DNA from: Lama guanicoe
Taxonomy: Eukaryota
Assembly (NCBI GenBank): GCA_013239625.1
Contig: MU053881.1
Coordinates: forward strand, 7,091,957-7,155,956
Direction: 5' to 3'
Length of the DNA stretch: 64,000 nucleotides
Below are positions 54,801 to 64,000 of the stretch, in pieces (the first letter of the stretch is position 1; each line of letters opens with the position of its first letter). Both the position numbers and the translations under genes were made by a program. The notes beneath the pieces are model-generated. The model ran no database searches and had not been told where the DNA came from. It saw only the letters and a list, made by a program, of their open reading frames with translations.

Positions 54801-57800
54801 GAAGCAGGCAGGGCTGCAGAAGCTCCCTGCAAGCACATGACCATCTTTTTGCCTGGTGGTGGTGTCCCACCATGAGCCTCCCTGCGGGCAGTGCTCTGGG
54901 CCTCTTTAAGTCTTCAGTAAGTGCTCTCTCTCTCTCTCTGTGTCTGTACTCCACTCACCTTTTCTTTCTTTTTTTTTTTTTTGCCAACACTGGTTATATT
55001 TCCCATTATAAAGACCAAGTCTGCCCTCATTCCTCCACCATTGGCTGGGAATATTCTGGAAGATTTTCATTTCACAGGGTCTCTGGTACAGGTTCAAAAG
55101 TGATCCCAAAGTGGCTGGTACCCAGAAGCTGATCCAGAAATGCCTCAAGGCCAAGGCTGGGATTACCAAAGGCACAGCCAACTAGAGCTTCCCAAGTCGA
55201 GAGAATGAGCTTAGTAGCAACAGGTGCCTAAGACGGAAACAATTTACCCAGAGCCGAAGAGCACATATGAAGTGCAACCACTGATTCCTGGACCAATCAA
55301 AGATTCCAACGTGGAGAGTCCAGTCCACAGCCAATCATTGTAGAGCTCTATAGCACAGGGCCAGCGAGAGCTAACGAGGGCAGACAGTGTTTCTGGGGCT
55401 ACACAGAGTTATCTCCTACATCTGAAAGGAACCTTGTTTCTAAGAGACAGTGCAGAAGTGTGGAAAGAGCCTGGGCTTTGCACAGTCCTGAGGTTGAATC
55501 CCAGCAGCTCTACCTAGTCATTAGATGACCTTTAACAAGAAAGTCAACCACTTCTCTGAAGCTCAGTTTATTCACCAGTAAAATGGGTATACCCCAACCT
55601 AACAGGGTTATTGATGGTAAGGACCAAAATGCCCTAAGTAGACGTCTAACAAAGGTTAATTACCTTCTTCAAAAGCATGGATTCTAGAAGATGGATTTAC
55701 GGCCTACTACTGAGACTGCAAGATCCCTGAGGGGAGGGCAGTGCTCTGCTTTGCATATAAATTTCCCGAGACACGCTGCAATAGCCTGGACTGGTGAGAA
55801 CTGCTCTAAAACAAACATTCTCGCTGAGTTAAATTCGAAATCCTCTCTTGGTCTTCCCTGACCATGCAAACAGAGGTGAGTGTCAAGGCCCAGCATCCCG
55901 AATAGGGCCTGAGAATGCAAATTATTTTGGCCCCAAGCAGGAAACATCACTTTTGTAATTCCCAGGTCTTGCCCTCTACAGAGAGGCACCCACAGAGCTT
56001 CTTGCTTTTTGCCCTTTGAATCGGTTCTGGAAAAGATATTAGGGCTAATCTCATTGCAGCTGCCCCTGCTCTGGACAGCAGCTGCCACGGCCAGCTGCGC
56101 TTAGTGATGGATGCTGTTCCCGCTGATATTAAATGCATAATTAATGACACCATAAGAAGGAAACAAGGCGTGTTCCAGGCAGGGTACAGAGAACAAATCC
56201 ATTCTCACACAAGTGAGGAGAAGGTAGGAGAACAAAGAGAAGGCTGAAAAATGACTGTGTTCTTGAGTACTTCCCAATAAATACCTATAGAAGTTTCATT
56301 AGCAAAAGAGACTTATTGCATTTTGTAATGTTGGCCACTTTCCCATTTTACAAAATCTCATGGGTGTGGACAGCCTTAGGCAATGTTCCGTGACCATAAA
56401 GATGCCTCTTTACTGTCCTGTTGGTTGAGGACTGACATATGAGTTCCCAGACCTGACACATTTAGAACCATCATCATCATCAAAATGATAATTATTATAA
56501 TTATAATGAGCTAACATTTATTAAATAGCTACCATGTTCCTGGCACTGTTCTGTATGTCTTACATGAATTAATTGACTTTATCCTCTCAACAATCCAATA
56601 AGGTAGCTACTATTAATGTCATAATTTGATGTTAAGGAAATTGAGGCACAGAGAGGTAAAGTAATTTGCCTAAAGTCACACAGCCCTCCTTCCATGTATG
56701 AAGCCCCCACTTCTCTGGGCAGTTCTCAGATGCAGATTTTCTTTCAGGAAAACTGTGTAAAACCTAAAAGAATGGCATGAAGGAAGGAAGCTGAGCTTCT
56801 CTAGGAAAGTACCCCTCTAAGACCATGAGGAGAGCCAGAGTCAGGAAAGCAGATTCCAGGGTATAACTGCCTACGCCCACGGAAAGAGATGAACAAACCA
56901 GCCAACAGTTTTATGGCCCAAACACTGCCCTGTCACCAGCCCTTAGGTGTGCTGTTCCAAGCTGCCCCTCCAGAAAAGCAATGGCCTTAATAACTCCCCC
57001 GATTGTACTAGCAACAGGAGCCTGCAGGCATCTGGGCTGCATTTGGAAGGGGATCAAACACTTCTGATTCAAACAGCCAGAGTGACATGTTTTGTTTCCA
57101 CGTCAAAGATTTATAACTCTCACCCAGACCCTGCCAAATGGTCAACCCAGTGCGGTGGTGAAGCTCCATCTCCAGCGTGTGGCCGCGAGGGTCTGCGGGG
57201 TTTGGTGCCAGAAACTGCTCTGCTTTCGTCCCACCTCTGCCCTGACCTGCTGTGTGACTGCAGGCTGCCTGCTCAGCGCTTGAGAGTCCTGGAGCCTGCC
57301 TCCCACCAGCAGCGAAAACAGTAGTCATAATAACTAACTCACAGGGAAGCTGTAAGGACTGGGAAAGAGAAGGCATGAGGAGCTTCTCGCGAGATCTGCA
57401 CGTGTAACGCCGTCAGAAAGAGGCAGCCTTTCCTTTTATCATCATTATCGCTATGGTTCAGCTGCCTGATGGAAATGCAAGGTAGTGGGAGAGAATCTTA
57501 TTCAAAGATGACGTTTATTAAGGACTTAAGAGGCTGGTGCTCCCCAGCAGAGCAGACCTCACAGACCTCAGCCCAGGCATGACCTCCCCAGGGAGACCCA
57601 CTGTGTCCGGGCACAGGGCACACCCCTGCGAGAACGAGGTCTTCGCACTCCCCGAGCTCACCTTCTAACAGAGGAAAGAGAGAGAGTTGCACACAGACAA
57701 ACGGGAGAGACGGGTTGCAACCAAGAGGCCAGGGCAGGCTACGTGGTGGTACGTAGTGAGCCTGGGGCTGCAGGGGGTCCTTCAGAGAGGAGTCAGGCAG

Positions 57801-58705
57801 GGGGGCCTCTTGCTGGAGGAAGTATTTGAATGGAAACCGTTGGGACCTTACAAGTGAATTCCCCCAGCAAGTGCCTTGGCACATTCCGGCTCTGGAAAAA
57901 TCCTACGAAGTAGCAACAGGAGGTGTTGTGAGCATTTTACAGCAGAGTCAGCTGAGGCACGGGTTCAGTCCAGCCCTCGTCTAGGGGTGCTCGCCTGGTC
58001 AGAGGCCAAAGCCCAGACAGGGACCGAACACCCCGGGCGTTGCCCCAGTTCACTGGCTGCGCCCTCAGCTTGTGCTGCCAGAGATCCTGGGGTCAGGGGC
58101 TTCCCTGGAGCGGGGGATCCCCTTTTAGGGGTCTTCTCTCTTATACCCCCTGCCAGAGGTAGCAACCTGAGCTTGTCCACAAGGCTCTGAAGTGTTGGTT
58201 CTTCTTGCCTGGACCTTGAGCAGATGCATCTCTCTGTTTGCCCCAGGAACACGCTTTGGTGCCCCTGAATCTCACAGAGGTCCCAGGTCTTGTCTGCCTT
58301 CTGGAGGAATCATAAAGTCACAGAAATGTACTAGTGAGCTTTCTCTCTCAGTACCTAAGAATGGCTACTTTTCTAGGTTCCAGTGAATAGATAAGTTAAA
58401 AAATGTGACATATTTTTAAAAGGCGGCACCCATTCTGACAAGGAATGAACACGTCTCCTCTTCAGTACAAGACACATTATACAGTCACATTTGCATATGC
58501 TGCTCAGTTGATGACTATCTAATCAAGGGCCTGGTTCCAAACTCTGAGTACTTCCCTCCCCGCTGCCACTGCTCTGTGCAAACCCCCAGAGACACAGGCA
58601 CACCTTCCGGGTGCTTTGGGATGTGTCTGGTGGAGCAATCAGCCCAGGATGCCGGTGCAGCCCTGCCAGGGCACTCCAAGGGCAACTCTGCTGCCTCACA
58701 CTCAC

Positions 58706-58784
58706 CTGAAACTCAAAGTTCGTGTTTTCCAGGAACTTCTGGTTCATGGTTTCTGCAAACTTGTTGATAGCTCTCAGGAAGACC
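58706..58784 (-). CDS. DOCK2: DOCK2 coding exon (~exon 30), 79 nt: (R)[26 protein letters not shown]
   Basis: Peptide matches recalled DOCK2; acceptor ttccag|G, donor CAG|gtgagt; ends phase 0, matching next exon. Confidence 0.96.
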
Positions 58785-59899
58785 CTGGAAGAGAAGAGGG
58801 GAGAAGGTCGGCAGGCCATCTGAGCACTCTGCCCCAGACAGCCCTCCCCCATGCTCCAGATCCAAGTTCCCGCAGGCAGCGTCCCAAAGACCCAAGGAGA
58901 TGTCGGCTGACCCACATTAACACCTGCTCACACTGTAGACCTGGGGCCACATTTGCCCTGCTCTGTCTGTTTGACTTCCTTTAGAAAAATGATACTCTGT
59001 TTTGGTTTAAACTATGAGAAGCTTAGGGCAGAAAATTCATGCCATGCGGAAAGACAGAAAGAAAAATTGCCTCCTCTCAAATCAAACGAACAAAAAAACA
59101 ACAAACAAACAGACCACCAATCCTACCATCTAGGGAAAACCATATTGACATTCTGATGAACATGATTTCAAATGTCTCCCTAGATGTACATACAAGAACA
59201 ATATTTTTAAAATATCATTTTGATAAATGGGGGTTAAATGATAAATTCTGCTTCACAGCCTGTCTTTTTCACTCAATAGTAAATTGTGTTCCTTTCATGC
59301 CAATGAACTCAGATATATATCATCCCTTTTAATCACAGGGCATTCCACTGAATGCCCGTCTCACAGTTTATTTAATCAGTCTTTTATTGATGGACCTTTA
59401 TGTTGTTTCTCAGCGTTTTCTGTTATAAACAGTGGTTTAATGATCCCTCTTCCATGCACCTCCCGTAGACACGCTTCCTCGGTCTTCTCCTCGAAGCGGT
59501 GATGCTGATCAAATGCTATGCAGATTGAACAGTTCAATATCTGGTGTCAAATTACGTTTCTTCCTTCTCCACCTCCTCCTCTCCTTCCTCCCTGCTGACT
59601 GGTCCTGCAGCCCCCTCTCTCTTGCCCTCTCAACCTCCAGAGTGCCTTGTCCTACGGGACAGTTCCAATCATGCCCATCGCTCACTTCAGGGGCCCCCCA
59701 CTGCCCATAGGATGAGTCCAAACTCTTTCTCTTGACAGTCAATGGCCCCTGTGATTGGACCCCACCTTCGTCGCCAGACTCACTTCTCACTATTGCTCTG
59801 TGCTTCTGGTTGTTTTCTGAGTGCTGAGCCGTGTTCTTCCCTTGTGTAGAACGCCCCCTCCTTCTAATCTCTTTAGGACAGGATCTGCTGCATCTTTGT

Positions 59900-60460
59900 G
59901 TCTCCCAGAGGATGGTCAGTGCAATTGCCTTTCTCAGAGTTCATCATGGTCTACGGTGATTTATTTGTGTGACTCATTAATGACTGTCTCCCGCCCTAGA
60001 CTGTCCTTTTCTGAATTCAGAGACTCCCTCCATGATCTCATCTACTCTCCAATCGACACGCCTTTGACTCCCAAATTTTATATCTTCCTCCTGGCCTGTC
60101 CTCTGAGCTCCAGCTTGCATTCCAGCTCTCTGCTCTATACCCGCGCTTGGATAACTAACAGGCACCTCAAACATACATGTCAAAAAGTCTGCTCCTATTA
60201 TCTGCCCTCTTCCCGTCGTCTTCCCGTCTCAATTAAGAACAACTCCATTCTTCCCATTGCTCAGGGGTGGGGAGACTTTGGCAGCATCCATGACTACCCT
60301 CTTTCTCTCATATCCTACACACGACCCGTCGGCAAAACCTCGTAGCATTACTTTCAGAAGATATCCAAATTCAACTACTTCTCATCTTCCACTGCCACTG
60401 ACCCGCAACAAGCCATCATGATTTCTCTCCTGGATTTTTGCTATCACCTCCTGACAGCTA
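59900..60460 (+). mobile_element. L2 LINE fragments
   Basis: tgactcccaaattttatatcttcc...aggcacctcaaacatacatgtcaaaa...ccatcatgatttctctcctgga. Confidence 0.7.
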
Positions 60461-60485
60461 TATGCCCAACTGTGGCCAAGTCTCG

Positions 60486-60516
60486 GTGTGCGTGCGTGTG
60501 TGTGTGTGCGCGCGTG
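60486..60516. repeat. Alternating purine-pyrimidine (TG/CG) tract
   Basis: gtgtgcgtgcgtgtgtgtgtgtgcgcgcgtg. Confidence 0.8.
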
Positions 60517-63500
60517 CCTGCTTGTAAAATCTGAGAGAGCAAAGGCCAGATCTTACCTGTACCACTGTCTACAATTTGTAATTAACGGCGGACAATCAAT
60601 AATTCCTCTATTGAGTGACTGGTCCAGGGAAAAATGTCTATTTGGCTACCAATGGGAAGCCAGTAAAAGGAAGTGTTTATATAGGAGGTTATTTTTATTG
60701 CTTTGGGTGGTAACTAGGACTCCACTTTGCTTGGCAACTTCTGAGAGACTGCATCGAACATACTTGAGCATCAGAAGGGTCCCGAGCTATTTACCCAACA
60801 GTGCCAGCTCCTCACAGGCTGAAAGTTGCTCCTGTGGACATGAAGTCCCTAGCACCTCTGGCCAGCCCTGCAGGTAGGCTGAGCGCTCTCCTGAAGCCAG
60901 AGAAAGCCCAGAGAGTGAAAGAAATAGGAAGCTCTCAGGACGCATCGGAAATGTTCCCCAAAGCTGCAGGTATATTTCGGGTGGGCCACGAGTGTGAGGA
61001 CAAACACACATGTGCTACATCGGGCATCGCTTGTAAGGAACCTGGACTGGTGTTCATTAAACATTTAAATGTTAACAAAGAAGGTAGTGCATTCAGGTAT
61101 TGGGATCACAAGATTTGTTGCACACACACATACACACACACAACTGGATATGACTTCTGGCTTTGCCACGTCCCAGGTGTGTGGGTTTCAGACATGTTAA
61201 TATGCTTGACATCTACGTTTCCTTGCTTGTGAAACAGCAGCAATGCCACCCCTCTCGCAGGGTGGCTGCAGGGTTTAATGCCACCTTTAAATGCACGGTA
61301 AGTGCTGAGCACAGTGCTTGACGCACAGTGACAACAGTGACACGGTGGCTATGGCCGCTCAGACTCCTTCGGGTTGCTTCATTCTTCTTCCAAAGCAAAA
61401 TAGGACAGTCAGAGGACAAGTTCCAGTCGTCAATCAGTTCCAAGGGAAGCAGGACCATGTAAAGACGAGCAATAAAAACCCCACAAAACCCTCCACCCCA
61501 TCAGGCTGCCAAAAAAGTGAGATTCCTCTGGTTTTGTTATTCTGTCATTTGCTACTATGTCTTTGAAAAAACATCGATATTTTCTCCTCGAAGAGGAGTG
61601 TCTGATTCCCCAGATGGAAATGCACTGAGTGGCTGTCACATTATGTACAAACATCTCAGACTGTCTAATACGATATGAAAATGAGGGGTCTTACACGTTT
61701 TCTCAGCAGCGACAAAGCTATCAGAAGATTCAGTGACAGTCATTATTTTGATTGTCAACCAAAACCTGTCTCTGGTTCGCAAAGGCCGGTCCAAGAACCA
61801 GAAATTAACTAATGAGCCCCCTGTGCTGATGGTCGGGGCTGGTGGCAGATGAGGGCTGGGAGACAGTGAGTCAAAGTCCCTCCCCTTCTCTCTGGATTCC
61901 CCTGCAGCCACCCTCTGAGAAGCAGAATGCCACTTAAATTTGGTTTCCCATGTATGGATTTGGAAAAGTTTGTCTTTTGTATTCTCTCAAAGAAAATAAT
62001 TGTACTTAAAGCTTAAGGACTAATATGGTGAAGTGGGTTGGAATGAAAACACACTCAACTCTTTCTGTTACTCTCAGAAACGAACTTGGAAACAAGTTCA
62101 GGATCAAATCTCAACCTAACATTTCCTGCATTTCATCCATGATGTTCAGCAGACTCTAAAAAATCAGTTAATAACCACAGACACAGTTACCAGTGATGGG
62201 CCAGGCTCTGTGCTAAGTACTCTGCACGGATTCTTTCTGTTTTTTTCTTTTTTCTTTTTCTTAATTCTCACATTAACCCTTTGAGTTAGATACTGTTTTC
62301 ATTTTACAGATGTGAGTTTGGGTAACTTCCCCCAAGAACCCAGCCAATACATATGGAGCCAGGATTAAACAAAGCTATGCTGCCTTCAGGACCTTGGAAT
62401 TTAACCATCATACTCTTCTGCCCACAAGGAAATCTCTGTTATGCTGTTCAATCCAAGCAGTGAGCTAACCTTATTAATAATAAGGCAACAGTGGAAGTCT
62501 CATAGTTTTCATTCCTATGTCCTGTGCAAAGCGCTGCACGGACACTGTTTCATTTAACCCTACAAACTGAGGTGGGTGCTACTGTTACACGCACTTAACA
62601 GGAGAGGAAACTGAGCACTGGAAAGACCAAAAATCTCCCCCACCTTCACACAGCTAACAAGCAGCAGAGTCCAGACCCAGCCTCAGGTTTGTCTTTCTCT
62701 AAAGCCTTTGCAATTAACCAGAAAGATACACAGGCTCCCCTGAAGGCCAGCCTGCATGGTCTTCTGGCACTGGGCATGCTCCTACTCACGCCCCCCACCA
62801 GGCACGCAGCCCCTTCCCACCTAGTCCCCATCATCCTGCTGCCCTGCACACAGCTGACTGGGCCCAGGACCAAAGCTTGACTCAGGCAGTCTTCTGTGGG
62901 CTGGCCAGCAGCCTGGGGGTGATCGCATGGGTACCAGCCAGGGCCCCCAAGCCGGATAGTAGTAGATCAAATCCTTTTAGGCAGTTCAAAAGCAGGACAT
63001 CCAGGGAGTCCAGGAATGCAATGAACCTGGGCCGTGAGCAGGTAATTCCGTGCAGAAGCAGAAGCCATGTGTAAGAGAAGTCAGCCGCTGCAGGCAGGGA
63101 GAAGCTGGCAGAAAGAGGAGCCAAACCCGAGGCTGGCATCCTGAAAACTGCTCCACATGAAACCTCACCGCAGCCGCTGGACCAGGTAACAGCGTCCTCC
63201 TTCCCCTCACGTAACAGAACAAATTCTCGTTACTAGAGGCAACCGAGAGTCCCTGTGCTTTGTCTCCCGAATAGCCTAAACACACCATATGCATTAGTGC
63301 TGGGACCAGATGCAGACATGCAAGGTGCGCACAGACTCCTGCAGGTGCTGGAGCAGCCTGCCTGGGGGCAGATGCCCACTCCGCTCCTCTTCCATGCTGT
63401 GGCTTTGGGCTGGCTGCTTCACCTCTGGGAACCTCAGCTGCCTCGTCTGTAAGAGGAGCCGTGTGTAAAGAAGAAATGGTATGCAGTGCAGGAAGTCGGT

Positions 63501-64000
63501 GGCCCAGGGCCTCAGTACACAGGGGTCCGTAATAAATGGCAGTCGTGTTGTTACCATTATCCTTAACTGCCCAGCCACCCTGCCGCTCTGAGGCAGGAGG
63601 ACCCCACAGTGAGAACACTCCAGTGTACCAGCAACCCACGCGGACAGGCGGCACGATGTGAATAAAAGAGAAGGGCTGGAGGTGGGCACGCCCTTTGCGG
63701 TGAGAATGCCCAAGGCAGGGGGAGGCCTCCCTGAATCCCATGCCCCTTCCCGCTGTGGTTCATGGGATGTAGTTGAGTCTACTGGTCAAAACTTGAACAT
63801 GGAAATGAAAGAGCTGGCCAGGAGAAGGGGGCCCTTGTTCCTCCCCCAGGAGCAGTGAGGGAGCCATCCTCCCAGAGCCTTTAACTCGCTTCCCTCACAG
63901 CCCACAGGCACTCCAAGCACCAAGAGGCTAGAGTGAATCAGAGGATTCCAGCTCAGGGTCAGGGCTCAGTACCCACCCCCCCACCGCCCGAGGTGCCCCT

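Noticed and set aside
59821..60345. 174-aa plus-strand ORF
   Set aside because: Lies in decayed L2 sequence; no RT or endonuclease motifs seen
62986..63741. Longest ORF in the track (251 aa, minus)
   Set aside because: Runs through a MIR (acagacgaggcagctgaggttcccagaggtgaag), no recognisable domain, not DOCK2 sequence; consistent with a chance ORF
58785..64000. Further DOCK2 exon or the nested antisense gene INSYN2B
   Set aside because: No matching peptide or exon found; I recall INSYN2B lying in an earlier intron outside this window

Overview
Mammalian genomic DNA, mostly intron. The minus strand carries 15 consecutive coding exons of DOCK2 (Rac GEF; armadillo-repeat region into the DHR-2 domain). 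They total 1474 nt and join into one open frame with compatible phases. Exon numbers 30-44 follow my recollection of the human gene; both ends of the gene lie outside the window. Introns hold ancient eutherian repeats (MIR, L2, L1M, MER2/5/20/33/58, MLT1). I saw no Alu, B1 or Bov-A, and two young L1 3' ends resemble camelid L1, so a camelid host is a tentative inference. Repeat family names come from recalled consensus sequences and their boundaries are approximate. Best observations: a U12-type intron (4654-9324); a degenerate apparent ortholog of the MIR378E hairpin; and three rearrangements within ~4.6 kb of one intron (a 716-bp near-perfect tandem duplication, a 105/107-bp inverted repeat pair ~1 kb apart, and a micro-inversion beside an L1 insertion inside MER33). 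I found no support for a new gene or multi-gene system.
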